A stretch of DNA of 64,000 nt from Nitrosopumilus sp. (GCA_965214775.1 OZ243974.1:1728001-1792000); one strand, 5' to 3'. Numbered from the stretch's first letter, positions 40,012 through 50,725 are shown. The notes: a model not told the origin generated them from the sequence alone. Numbers and translations: made by a program.

Positions 40012-41061
40012 ATGAGTGGTGAAAAATACAGATTTATGATGGCAAATATCGCCTGGAATAATTCGGGTTGGCGCAAGATTGAGGGCCCCGATCCAAAGGC
40101 GACTCAAAAGTATCCTCAAGAACACCCAGCACATGAATCGCTGAACTTTGACTTTGGCAAAAAAGGAGTAGATGACGAAAAACATGTGTTTGGTTACGTG
40201 GAATGGACCAACACTCCAGTGAATCTAGAGAGGCCTGGATTCATCTTCTTTTTTACAAAAAATACCAAGAGCAAAGAAAACAAGATTGTTGGTGTTTACG
40301 GCGGTGCCGAAATCCTAAAGGATGCAAAGACAGTACCATGGGAGAAATTTGAAAATAGTCAGCTGGTTTCAAACATACGGGCCGAAAAAGCAAAATCTGT
40401 GCTGTTTGAGCCATATTTGGATGCAGACCGATACAAGGATAATACAGGCACAAGGCTGGTAGGCCAGGTCGGTTTTGGATATATTAAAACAAAAGAGATC
40501 GCCGAGGAAATAATAGCAGATTCAATTCGGGAGAGTCAAAGATCAGATTCAGGTAAAAGGAATCTTGGTAAACTGTTCAATATTTTTGAGGAGGTAACCG
40601 GCAAAAAGTGCGTCTGGATTCCAGCGGAAAAAGACAATGATCAAAAAGAGCAGAAAGAGCTTGAAGCCCGTAACCTGTCACAAAAACAAGCGTATGAGGA
40701 AGTAAAAAAACTGGAAAAGAGTAATTCGGAAATGGTTGAGTACAATGGCAAAAGATACAAAAGATACAATGCAATCATTGCCAGTTTGAAAGAATTACGC
40801 AATTACCAGTGTCAGATATGCCATATCAGAATCAAGAAAAAAGATGGCGGCCACTACATAGAGGAGGCGCACATCACCCCAAAGAGTGACGGAGGGAGCG
40901 ATGAAATCTCCAACATCATGATCCTGTGCCCTAACCACCACAAGGAATTTGACTATGGAAGGGTTGAGAATATGGATCGTTCAGACAAACAGGTGCGGTT
41001 CAAAATGAACGGAAAGGAATACGAGGTTGATCTTGAGATAGATCACAAAAATTTGAAATGA
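40012..41061 (+). CDS. HNH endonuclease (possible restriction/defence nuclease)
   Basis: CQIC...EEAHITP...NIMILCPNHH. Confidence 0.85.
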   Translation: MSGEKYRFMMANIAWNNSGWRKIEGPDPKATQKYPQEHPAHESLNFDFGKKGVDDEKHVFGYVEWTNTPVNLERPGFIFFFTKNTKSKENKIVGVYGGAEILKDAKTVPWEKFENSQLVSNIRAEKAKSVLFEPYLDADRYKDNTGTRLVGQVGFGYIKTKEIAEEIIADSIRESQRSDSGKRNLGKLFNIFEEVTGKKCVWIPAEKDNDQKEQKELEARNLSQKQAYEEVKKLEKSNSEMVEYNGKRYKRYNAIIASLKELRNYQCQICHIRIKKKDGGHYIEEAHITPKSDGGSDEISNIMILCPNHHKEFDYGRVENMDRSDKQVRFKMNGKEYEVDLEIDHKNLK

Positions 41062-41175
41062 CATTGCACATGCGTCAAAATCTACAGCAGCATCCGTAGA
41101 ATCATCGCCAGACCCAAAATGCGATAATCCGGCATCCAAGAAAAATCTAAATATTCGGCCGTATCATAACGGGTT

Positions 41176-41388
41176 ATGAGGATGCCAAGTATGAAATACA
41201 TAGACAATATGAGCAGTGATGACAGGAAAAAATACGCAGGTCACTGGATCGTGGTAATAGACGACAAGGTTGTACATCATGCCAAAAGGGGAAAGGACAT
41301 ACGTGAAATGGTGGCCATGCATGACGATCGAGGAGACATGCCGGTGGTACAATACATACCAGAGGGCAATCCCCCGTTTCTACTGTAA
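41176..41388 (+). CDS. DUF5678-like small protein
   Basis: KYAGHWIVVIDDKVV pattern. Confidence 0.6.
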   Translation: MRMPSMKYIDNMSSDDRKKYAGHWIVVIDDKVVHHAKRGKDIREMVAMHDDRGDMPVVQYIPEGNPPFLL

Positions 41389-41394
41389 GGTGTC

Positions 41395-41819
41395 ATGACC
41401 GTATTCAAATATCTTCCTAGGCCAATGGGCGGCGCCATGGCCTTTGCCCCGATGTTGGATGTGATGTTGCATCATGAAAGGAGCATACGTGAAAGGGCAT
41501 ACGTGGATTCAGGTGCAGTACCACCTATGTGCCAAGGCTGACAGCAGAACGTACAGGGCTGCTAGATGACAGCCCAGGCATGAGGGTCGACGCCGTCGGC
41601 GTATCTGGCACCATTGATGCAAGTGAACACAGCATCAGGTCGATCGCAATCATGCGTAACGGTAAGGTCTTTGACAGATTCGACGATTCAAGGATACTGG
41701 TGCCGTCTGACTATGACGCTGGTCCCAACTTTGTGATAATGGGCAGGGATCTTCTGTTCTCCAGGTATGATGTTACCTTTTCAGAAAGGCGAAGGAAACT
41801 TACACTGGAAAAATCGTGA
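41395..41819 (+). pseudogene. Retropepsin-like aspartyl protease, frameshifted
   Basis: AYVDSGA in the first frame, shift near 41520, then IMGRDLLFSRYDVTF. Confidence 0.7.
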
Positions 41820-42230
41820 GGCGCGTCTGGAAGGGTTCGGTCGATGGGTGATGTGCGGCAGCTGTGCTTTGTGCTTTCCCCTGCATGGGACTGACCTGCT
41901 CGGCGGGACATGGGTTCTTCACGATCAAAGAAGCTGTATTGGACAAGAGAAACATCAGTTCTTGGGTGTGGGCAGCACGGTAATACTTCCAGTATCCATC
42001 GCGTCTCCTATGGTCTGTCATCAGAGCCGCGCCCGTTCTGATCAACGGTGGAGAATCTAGAAAATTATAGCAACAGTCACAAGTAATTGAGGGCCTTGAC
42101 CGGCGATCTGTAATGCACTTGTACAGGGGTTGTTTCCTAATTCGGCAATTTAGTCTAATTTTCTAGAGTCTACACTATATTGATCAGAACGGGCGTGGTT
42201 CTCTAATGACGGAACTGTATTATATGAAAA

Positions 42231-42570
42231 TTATGTCGCACCATCACCAATGTCCTCCTCCATCCATCTTGGGTTGCTTTTCCTGATCGCTTCTGTGGCC
42301 TCCCTGTCGGAGAATGCCCGCAGCGGCGTCTCGTAGTTGTCGATGTCAAGCGACCAGTGCAGCCTGTCCTCGTTATAGTAGTCGATGTATGCAGACAGAC
42401 TCTTGTGGTTCCATATCTCCTCCTCGATGCTCCTGTGGAATCTCTCCAGTTTGCCATTGGTCTGCGGGTGATACGGCCTGGAGTTTATCAGCCCGATTTC
42501 GCAGTTGAGCAGCTCCTCCTCAAAGGCAGTGGGCCTCCATCCGCTCTTGGGCGGACTCTTCTTCTTCTTC
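42231..42570 (-). pseudogene. IS481-family transposase C-terminal fragment
   Basis: PYHPQTNGKLERFHRSI...YYNEDRLH. Confidence 0.75.
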
Positions 42571-43400
42571 GGATCCGAGCGCGCCCCGCCTGTCGCAAAA
42601 GACGGCAGCCCTGCCGAACTTGGCGCGCAGCGCCTCCAGACATTCCATGAACTGCACCGACGTAAAGGATCCTGCAAGCGTCCTGAACAGCCTTCTGCCG
42701 TCCTCTGCGATGCTTCCAAACACGGCCACCTTTGTGTGGTCCCCCGAATACGATGCCACGCTTCTGGTGCCGACCGGACCCCATACGTGCCTGTCGTATG
42801 CGCCCTGCACAAAGAACGACTCGTCAGAGGATACCGGCGTAAAACCGTCGTCTTTCAGGCACGGAATCCGCACGTTTTCAAGATACCACTGCCACGAGTA
42901 TACCGAGCTCGGGGCGGCATGGCTGGCATGTATATTTTGCACCTTGCGGCGCGACAGGCCGTGCCGGCGCATCAGCCTTCGGACATGTTCCATGCCGTAT
43001 TCTGTCCCGGTGGCATCCCTTATGTCGTCGCGTACCGTCATGACGTCGGTACTTTTGCATGCAGTAGACAGATCCATTATGGCGGCAATACTTTCTCTGT
43101 CCGCCCTTGGCCTGCGTCCGGAACGGGGAAGATCCCGGAGACAGTCCATGCCGTCCTCCGAAAACCTCGCCAGCCAGTTGCGCACGGAATTCTCGCTGCA
43201 CCGGACCCTTCTTGCAGTCTCGGGCACGCCCACGTCGTCCTCTAGCACAAACATCAGCGCCATGATCTTCTTGTAGACTTTGACATCCTTTTCCTTGCGC
43301 ATGGCCTCTGACAGGCTTCTGTCTGTTTCTTTTGCCATACCTCTGCGCCGGTTAGGCGATCCATATACTTTTCGAATGATCCCGTTTTGGCTCAAAGACT
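42571..43400 (-). pseudogene. IS630-family transposase, C-terminally truncated
   Basis: Paralog of 38214-39030; fused to the IS481 remnant. Confidence 0.8.
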
Positions 43401-43688
43401 TCTGATCATTGCTATAGGGACGGCCTCTCCGGCGGGGGAGCCTTCGATCTTTTGTCTGCCTTCCTTCATTGCCTCATCAAAGGCCCGCTCATACCGGTCA
43501 ACGTCTGTGAAGTCCTTTTTTGACAGGCTCTTTCCACCGGGTGTCAGCACGACTTTGCCACCAAGGTCGTGGAACCGTATGTGCTCGCCTGGTCTCAAAC
43601 CCAGGCTTTGTACCATCACGGACGGAACGACCACAAAAAATGAAGAGTTGTCCTTGATGCGGAGCCTTCGCTCATGTATCTTTTCCAC
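43392..43688 (-). CDS. AbrB/MazE/SpoVT-type DNA-binding protein
   Basis: SFFVVVPSVMVQSLGLRPGEHIRF. Confidence 0.7.
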   Translation of the reverse strand: MEKIHERRLRIKDNSSFFVVVPSVMVQSLGLRPGEHIRFHDLGGKVVLTPGGKSLSKKDFTDVDRYERAFDEAMKEGRQKIEGSPAGEAVPIAMIRSL

Positions 43689-43704
43689 GCCGTCAGCAAA
43701 TGTT

Positions 43705-43825
43705 CAGTCTTCCCAGAAGTAACCCAGAAAACGGCTCCGGATTTGAAGCAAACCAAGTTATGACGCCTGCAGATTCACTTGCCGGTATCTGGACAGTCAT
43801 GAATCGCGTACTTCTGGGAAGACTG
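43705..43825. mobile_element. ISH3-derived MITE (121 bp)
   Basis: CAGTCTTCCCAGAAGTA ... TACTTCTGGGAAGACTG. Confidence 0.85.
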
Positions 43826-43895
43826 AGGATACAGATAAGATTTCATATAGCGTCTATAAAGCCCAAAGTAGTCCTTTTTAACCACCCTCTTCAAA

Positions 43896-44186
43896 TTAGT
43901 GCGACCTAACTTTCGTATAATAGATAAAAAAAATCAATAAACCAACAATTGCCCAAGGCCCAACGCGAAAAAAACCAGATGCCAGAAGTTTGTGCGCTGA
44001 GTTGACTGATTCTATTTTACACGCAGTCATTTTTCCAGTGTCGTCTTCAAACCAACATTCATCAGGATTGCCTGTATAGACAGGTTCAGACATAGAATAT
44101 CTGTATTCATACCTAACCATACTAATTGAAATTAGAATAGCTATTGACAATAAAATTACAATGAAAAATTTTGACTTTTTATTCAA
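43896..44186 (-). CDS. Small two-TM membrane protein with a Cys-pair loop
   Basis: Likely TTG start just after the MITE; AT-rich. Confidence 0.6.
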   Translation of the reverse strand: MNKKSKFFIVILLSIAILISISMVRYEYRYSMSEPVYTGNPDECWFEDDTGKMTACKIESVNSAHKLLASGFFRVGPWAIVGLLIFFIYYTKVRSH

Positions 44187-44192
44187 AGAAAA

Positions 44193-44283
44193 GTACAACG
44201 TAAAGTTCTCCATGAAATCAGACGTGAACGGGAAATTTGGATGGATGTCTTGCGCCTAGAAAGTTGAGGGCCTGATGTTGTAC
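44193..44283. mobile_element. MITE-D (91 bp, GTAC ends, 8-bp TSD AAAGAAAA)
   Basis: GTACAAC...GTTGTAC; second copy at 60096-60186. Confidence 0.8.
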
Positions 44284-44300
44284 AAAGAAAAAAGAGGGGG

Positions 44301-45086
44301 TTAGTATACATTATAATGCCAACCGGCAACATATGTATTCCACCACCAAGTGGGGGTCGTGTAACTACCAAGATCAGGGTTTGGCTCATTGGTATGGACA
44401 AGCGTGTGCCAGTTAGACATAGTTGGATGTTGCTGATCAGGGGAATAGATGAAGTGCTGATCCCTGAACTCTCCATCGTCACAAGTTGCATAACCAGTAT
44501 AGTTTTTCTTGCCATAGTCTAATCCAACATTATCCCAGTCTGCATAAGGCCATTGCACTGAATAATATCCCATAGATTCCAAAGCATTTTGAATACTTTG
44601 TTTCGTATGGTGGTTATTTAGGCCAAAAGTGGCAGGATAGTGTGGATGTGCTGATTCGCCAAAAGTTATTCCACAGGCAGTAAGCGAGAAATAGCTACCT
44701 GAATATCTTGTGGCTGTGTTTACTTCAAATAGATGCCTGAATTTACCATTTTCCATGCTGCTTATATGCTCCCTGATTTCTGTTTCAGAGGGATTCTCAT
44801 TCAATGTTAAATCCATCAATTCATTTTGTAGATTTGCAAATTCTTCTACCATAATTATCTGATTTTGATTTAACCCATCTTCAATCATAGATGGTACATC
44901 AAGAATCATATGTTGAGTTTCGTTTTCATATGTGATATTATGCTGTGCAATTGCAAACGTTCTATCAATGAAATTTCTATCATAGTATGTATTTTTTGCT
45001 TGTGCTTCATCCATCATGCCAAATGGCAGGATCATTGCAGTAATCAAAGAAGCAAACAGGATTGTTTTCATCGTTTTTGTAGTCAT
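44301..45086 (-). CDS. Secreted protein with thaumarchaeal-type signal peptide
   Basis: MKTILFASLITAMILPFG...AQA; aromatic-rich C-terminal domain. Confidence 0.7.
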   Translation of the reverse strand: MTTKTMKTILFASLITAMILPFGMMDEAQAKNTYYDRNFIDRTFAIAQHNITYENETQHMILDVPSMIEDGLNQNQIIMVEEFANLQNELMDLTLNENPSETEIREHISSMENGKFRHLFEVNTATRYSGSYFSLTACGITFGESAHPHYPATFGLNNHHTKQSIQNALESMGYYSVQWPYADWDNVGLDYGKKNYTGYATCDDGEFRDQHFIYSPDQQHPTMSNWHTLVHTNEPNPDLGSYTTPTWWWNTYVAGWHYNVY

Positions 45087-45123
45087 TGACACATGGAGAC
45101 CACGATGCCATATAACCAACACG

Positions 45124-45153
45124 GTTCATTTGTGTTCATTTGTGTTCACTTGT
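45124..45153. promoter_or_regulatory. Three tandem 10-bp repeats between divergent genes
   Basis: GTTCATTTGT GTTCATTTGT GTTCACTTGT. Confidence 0.55.
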
Positions 45154-45191
45154 AATACAAAATAAATAGCCTTGATCCCAAAAAATGTAGA

Positions 45192-45770
45192 TTGGCACCA
45201 AAACCGTATTCCAGAAAGGACAGCGGCGGCAACACGAAAAACTTTTCCCTGCGTGTTCCAGACGACGTGATGGCAGCCTTGGAGTCAGATGCCGCCCATC
45301 GGGGTATCTCTGTCAACTCCATGCTGAACAGTATCCTCAGGAGATACGCAAGATTTGACCGGCATGTGCAAAAACTCGGCATGATTACCGTTCCCAAGGA
45401 GACAATTCCGGCTCTTTTTTCCGATGGCGACGAAGGACGGATCCACACCTTGGTCGACGGCGTTTTCCCGATCTTCCGTCAGGCAGTGGTGTTCATCAAG
45501 GGCGGGTACGATCTCAAGCGCTGCATCGAAACGCTGGAGGAGTACATGCAGACGACGGGCATGGCCTCCAAGCACACAGTCGAGGGGCCAGTCCACTGCT
45601 TTACCATACAGCACGGCATGGGATCTGCCTGGTCGGTGTTCGTAAGGGTCATGCTGGGACGGCTGTTTGCAGAATTCATGCCTGACAAAAATGTGGATTA
45701 TGACGTGCATGAGAGCACGGTATCGGTTAGAATTTCATTGGGTGCAGACTGGGACGAACACGATTACTAG
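45192..45770 (+). CDS. Ribbon-helix-helix regulator-like protein
   Basis: NFSLRVPDDVMAALESDAAHRGISVNSML; IQHGMG..WS motif. Confidence 0.7.
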   Translation: MAPKPYSRKDSGGNTKNFSLRVPDDVMAALESDAAHRGISVNSMLNSILRRYARFDRHVQKLGMITVPKETIPALFSDGDEGRIHTLVDGVFPIFRQAVVFIKGGYDLKRCIETLEEYMQTTGMASKHTVEGPVHCFTIQHGMGSAWSVFVRVMLGRLFAEFMPDKNVDYDVHESTVSVRISLGADWDEHDY

Positions 45771-45798
45771 CGAATTTCTCCGGTTACAAATCAATCAT

Positions 45799-45878
45799 TA
45801 GACCTTATGCGTGATCGGCACAGATTAAAAAAACCAAGCAGCTTTTGCGTCATTTTTGGCAAATACGCACAAGGTCTA
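45799..45878. mobile_element. IS5-derived MITE (80 bp, TA-flanked)
   Basis: TAGACCTTATGCGT...ACGCACAAGGTCTA, matching the TIRs of the IS at 18262. Confidence 0.85.
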
Positions 45879-46093
45879 TTGTCCTTTTGGTTTTGATTAT
45901 CTACCCTCGTATCTGAATGAAAAATCATTTCAAGTTAAATTTTCTGGCTTGAGGCTATGGAAAAATAATCCTACAGAATCGCCTTGGCCCCGAGTAATCC
46001 TGTCATATTTTTTGATGATATTTTTGGATTCTATCTAGAGTGGCTTTTGAGATTTCAAGTTTTCATTATTTTTTCTGCCTGCCGGTGCCTTTA

Positions 46094-46771
46094 CTACCAT
46101 GCCTTCCACGTGATGTCTTCCGGAGGAGGCAGGACTCTTGTCGCGTATTGGTAGAATGCAATCCAAAACAATTTTAAGCCGACGCATCCGATGATACACT
46201 GAACAACTTGATGAGGCCCGAATTTGGCGGGGTTTCGTCGTTTGAGAGCCGTGGAACCTGCAAACGTCCGTGCCGCCGTGACACACCGGGAGGAATCGTC
46301 CAAAAACGTGACTAATTTGAGCCCTCTCAGGCGTGGATCCTTCATTTCGTGCCAGTCCACGTGCCACATTGCGTTGGAGTACTTGCGCTCATAGCGCAGC
46401 CATTTCTTTTGGCCCGACTTGGTATCTGATGCGGCAACGAGTCCCTGCTCCTTCATTATCCGATATACGCTGTTGTAGCTTATAATGTGACCTGCATCCT
46501 GCAGGCGCATGGCAGTGCGCATCACGCCCACGTGCTCTATACAGTGCATGTCCAAGACTGCCTGCACCTGGCCTGCCGCGGGCTGCGGTGCGGCCTTTCT
46601 TCCAGCCTTTTGTTGCACATGCATCTTTCCGGTCCGGCGGTACCTGGCGTAAATCCTCCTCACGTGCCGTGGCGTCACCTTCATGTCACGGGCCAGCGAC
46701 GTGGCGCTCTTTCCGGCATTACGTCCCTTGACGATATACCTGATCTCTTTGTCCGACATCTTTCTTGTCAT
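46094..46771 (-). pseudogene. IS481-family transposase N-terminal part
   Basis: HTH; RYER...WHVDW...FLDDSSR, then divergent sequence. Confidence 0.75.
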
Positions 46772-47046
46772 GTCTTTATCTGATCGGTACAGCCTGAAAT
46801 AGTCAGCGATCGTACGCCTTATCTTAGGCGGACCTAATTTCTGTATAAGACAGTTACACTACCGGCCCACAAGGTTTAAAATGCAACGCATTCTATTAAG
46901 ATTAGTTTCTGAGACTATGCTAGTTACACTAGCCTTTTTTTTAATTAAAAATAAGCTAACTGTCAACTAATTTTCTGATTTTGAGATCAACGCGATCCTT
47001 AGCTAAGTGTATATACAAGTATATACTACCATATACTACCATAGTT

Positions 47047-47763
47047 ATGGTGATAGTCCACGAACCGATCAAGGTGGCAGAGCATCTTGACAAATACAGT
47101 GAATCGCGAGGCATGTCACACTCTGCGGCATTCTATGAATGGGTAACATTTGGGGATCACCTGATGCGCGAGCTGCAGGAAACCAAAAAGTACATCATAA
47201 GAAACCTGAGCTCCAATGGCCGCTTTGAGTTCAAGACGGCAGAGGATCAAAAACGCTATACGTACCTAGCTAACGTGGATCTGATCCTAAGCATGAACAA
47301 GCAGGATCCGCACGATACGCCGCCAGATCCGGGTGAAGTGGGCAGACTAACGCCGGATTTAAAGGGCAGGTTCAAGCGCCAGTGCATGAAGGTCAAAACA
47401 GACACCTGGAAGTACTGGATGGCCTGCGCCAAAAAGGAGGGTCTGTCTACCCGTGACTGGGTAATAAGAAGAATCTGGGTCTCCATGGCGGTATTGCATA
47501 CTACTGACGAGCTGCGCCGCACGATCAGCAATGCAATACTCAATCAGACGATCCAAAAGGACATGGAAACATACACCGGTTTACAAGAGTTCGTAGACGC
47601 TGTTGACACGATAGCCTCCCGAGTGTGGGTTCCTGCCTTTGACAAATTCCAAAAGGCACAAGCCAGTTTTTTAAAAAATTTGAATAAAGATGGTCCGTTG
47701 GCTGAGATTCCAAACCGAGCCAACCGGAACCGTCCAAAGCAACTGCCAAAACCAAGAGGTTAA
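47047..47763 (+). CDS. Hypothetical protein, possibly DNA-binding; mobile-element-like
   Basis: Long ORF after an AT-rich leader; RHH-like segment MKVKTDTWKYWMACAKKEGLSTRDWV. Confidence 0.55.
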   Translation: MVIVHEPIKVAEHLDKYSESRGMSHSAAFYEWVTFGDHLMRELQETKKYIIRNLSSNGRFEFKTAEDQKRYTYLANVDLILSMNKQDPHDTPPDPGEVGRLTPDLKGRFKRQCMKVKTDTWKYWMACAKKEGLSTRDWVIRRIWVSMAVLHTTDELRRTISNAILNQTIQKDMETYTGLQEFVDAVDTIASRVWVPAFDKFQKAQASFLKNLNKDGPLAEIPNRANRNRPKQLPKPRG

Positions 47764-48013
47764 GGAGGTTACTAATGTCTATTATACGCCAGATTAATTC
47801 AAGGTTTCTTCGTTGGTGGCTAGGCGATGATCACATTTGTGATCTCACAGGTGAGAAACTCGGCTCTACACGTGGTGCAGAGACCAAAAACGGGGGGATG
47901 ACGATTTACAGTATCAATAACCTACGTCTACTGTCAGGGCTGCAATAAGACATTTGCGGTCAGCTGCCGCCTGCCTTGTGGCGATCTGTTGCTAGACCGG
48001 CACAAGCGCCGGG

Positions 48014-48123
48014 GCTGCAAAGTCAACCTATACCAGGAGGTCTTTCCAGAACACATGTCGTGGGCCTGCCCAGACATCCGGCCACAGCTGCAAAGTCAAC
48101 CTATACCAGGAGGTCTTTCCAGA
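48014..48123 (+). repeat. Perfect 37-bp direct repeat with a 36-bp spacer
   Basis: GCTGCAAAGTCAACCTATACCAGGAGGTCTTTCCAGA at 48014-48050 and 48087-48123. Confidence 0.9.
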
Positions 48124-48422
48124 TGTCAAGTGAGCCGATCAGGAAAATCGCGATGGTGCGCTGCAACACCTGCGATGGTGACTATGCCAAAGACGAATGG
48201 TCCGAGGCCTACTCCAGCTGTAAAAACAAGGGGCATGATCTGCACCCCTACACGCGGAGGGTAAGGAGAGATGGGGGCTCGCAGTACTGCCAGACGTGCG
48301 GCACTTGGATCAATCTCGCTGATCCGTTTGATACCAAAAAGCACGACGGGCACGGTCTTGGGGTTCGTCCTTGCCCGCTACGATTCTCTAGCGGCAGAGA
48401 GCATTATTTTTTCCATATGTGA
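48123..48422 (+). CDS. Small Zn-finger protein
   Basis: CNTC...C..KGH and CQTC...H..H; AGGAGGT upstream. Confidence 0.5.
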   Translation: MSSEPIRKIAMVRCNTCDGDYAKDEWSEAYSSCKNKGHDLHPYTRRVRRDGGSQYCQTCGTWINLADPFDTKKHDGHGLGVRPCPLRFSSGREHYFFHM

Positions 48423-48851
48423 TGGTCCTCGTCGTAGAATGCTGCCATGCTGCCAAGGCCGTCTTCGGCGAACCTCATGTCAGTCGCCGTACTTGGCGGT
48501 GTTCCTTCCACTCTGCAGCCCTTCTCTTGATGACCCGTTTTACGGGTTCTACTGCACGGGGTTCCAATTCGCTTATCTTGATGATCCCACGATCATGGTA
48601 TATTGCAAGTTTTTCTGCGGCAGCGTATTCCGGTCGCCCTCCTTTCTTACCCATCCTGTGCCCGGACTTGCTAAACCTTCCGTAAACCTTCCGTAACGGC
48701 CCGGGCTCTGGAAGGCATTCCTGATTTTAGGTACGGATTATGCTCGATCGGGGTTTTCCGGGAATGCAAAATCCACACCTGAACTTCTAGCCCGAGCTGT
48801 TATCTGCGGCGGACATAATTTTCATATAATACAGGGCTGCATCCACTGTAC

Positions 48852-48969
48852 GTAACAGGTTAACCCCTGCCTAGGCAGCAATCAGGCGCGAATCTGCCTG
48901 CAGTTGTGATTTTCATGCCTATCCTGCAAGGGACGCAACTCCAACTCTAGGCAGGGGCTAACCTGTTAC
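48852..48969. mobile_element. IS66-type MITE-C (118 bp), 8-bp TSD CACTGTAC
   Basis: GTAACAGGTTAACCCCTGCCTAG ... CTAGGCAGGGGCTAACCTGTTAC. Confidence 0.88.
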
Positions 48970-48978
48970 CACTGTACA

Positions 48979-50571
48979 GTGACATCACTTACGTTCTACG
49001 GAGGAATAAATGAGATCGGCGGCACCAAGATACTCGTCGAGGACAAGGGGACCCGGGTGTTCCTTGACTTTGGGATGCAGATGGGCAAGGTAAACGAATA
49101 CTTTGCAGAGTTTGCCAACCCCAGAAAGCTTGCAGGCATGGGGGATATGTTCGAGTTCAACCTGCTGCCAGACATCAAGGGGTAAGAGTTTACCCCTCAG
49201 GCTGTACTGCTGGCCGGAGCCTTCATGGTCACGCCTGCCACGTCGTATCTTGGGGGGTAAACTCTTACCATCAAGGGGATATACCGCAGGGACTATTCAA
49301 GGCACATGGGATACGGGGACCACAATCAGGAGACGTCGATAGACGGGGTCCTGTTGTCCCATGCCCACGTGGATCACTGCGCCTACATACACTACCTGAG
49401 ACCGGAGATCCCCGTGTACTGCTCGGACGCAAGCAAGCTGATAATGCAGTGCTTCCAGGACACGGGAGGGGGCGAGGAGTACATCACGTACAAGGAGGAC
49501 TTCAGGACGTACAAGAACCGCAATGGCGGGATAAGCAGAGCAAAGTCAGACAAGCATAGGGAGGAGGTCCCGAGAAACATCAAGACAATCGGCCCCTCAA
49601 GGCAGCTGAATCTGGACTCGATCTCAGTAGAGTCCATCCCGATCGATCACTCGCTGCCGGGCGTCTACGGGTTCATAATACACACGTCCGAAGGCAGTAT
49701 CGGATATACGGCAGACATCAGGTTCCACGGGAGGCATCGAGAATACAGCCGGAAATTCGTGGCCAGGTGTGGTGCCGAGGATTTGGACTATCTATTGTGT
49801 GAAGGTACTAGGATAGACAAGAGTGACAGCAACACCGAGTCTGACGTAGAGAAGAGCGTGACTGACGTGATCAACCGGACCGAGGAGATGGTCGTCTGCA
49901 CGTATCCTACGAGGGATCTGGACAGGATGCTGTCGTTCTACAATGCCGCCAAGGCAACGGGGCGCGACCTGGTGATAGACACAAAGCAGGCCTACCTGCT
50001 AAAGCTGTTCCAGACCTCAGACAAATGGAGGGGCGAGTATCCGTCACCGACGGATCCCAACATCAAGGTGTTCATGTCCAGAAAATCATGGGGACTGCTG
50101 GACAAGGACAGGAAAGTCTGGCCGGCAAACCAGATCCAGGCAGACTACAGGGGATGGGAGCGAGAGTTCTTGGACTATCCAAACTATGTGGATTACAGGG
50201 ACGTCAGAAAGGATCAGAAAAAATTCATCTTTTACTGCTCGGACTTTCAGCTGCAGAACTTGATTGACGTGAGGCCAGAGGAGGGATCCGGATATGTCCG
50301 GTCGTCCACGGAGCCGTTCAACGACGAGATGAAGCTGGACCAGGATCGTGTCAAGCGCTGGCTGGTTCACTTTGGACTGCTCTCCGGAGACAAAAAGTGG
50401 ACGACCGCCCACGTCTCGGGGCACGGCACCCTCGACCAGATCAAGCGCGTCATCGACGGCTCCTCGCCGGATAAGCTGATCCCGATACACACAGAGAAAG
50501 CCGACGAGTTCCACAAATTGCACGGCAATGTCAGACGGGTCAGCCTCGGCAAGAGACTCGAGATCGTTTGA
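48979..50571 (+). pseudogene. MBL-fold beta-CASP/RNase J-like nuclease interrupted by MITE-A
   Basis: GGINEIGG, SHAHVDH, DHS, YTAD, HVSGH, PIHTE; excision restores DIKGIYRR. Confidence 0.82.
49182..49268. mobile_element. MITE-A copy, 9-bp TSD CATCAAGGG
   Basis: GTAAGAGTTTACCCC...GGGGTAAACTCTTAC. Confidence 0.9.
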
Positions 50572-50593
50572 GCAGAGGATTGGACAGTACGAT

Positions 50594-50681
50594 TTGAGAG
50601 TTTACCGCTTGAGCAGCACTGCCGATCAGGGCCTTTATGATCATGCCCCCACGCCGCATCCCCGGGGTGGCAGACACTTAC
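50594..50681. mobile_element. Degenerate MITE-A copy
   Basis: GAGTTTACCGCTTGAGCAGCACTG...CACTTAC. Confidence 0.65.
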
Positions 50682-50725
50682 GGATCATCATGTCCAACTA
50701 CTAAATATGACAGACGTGTACTGTC

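Noticed and set aside
48014-48123. CRISPR array call
   Set aside because: Only two repeats, no cas genes or leader, and the repeat is coding sequence; kept only as a repeat
49182-49268. Archaeal intron in the MBL gene
   Set aside because: It has TIRs, a TSD and dispersed copies, and no bulge-helix-bulge was seen, so it is a MITE
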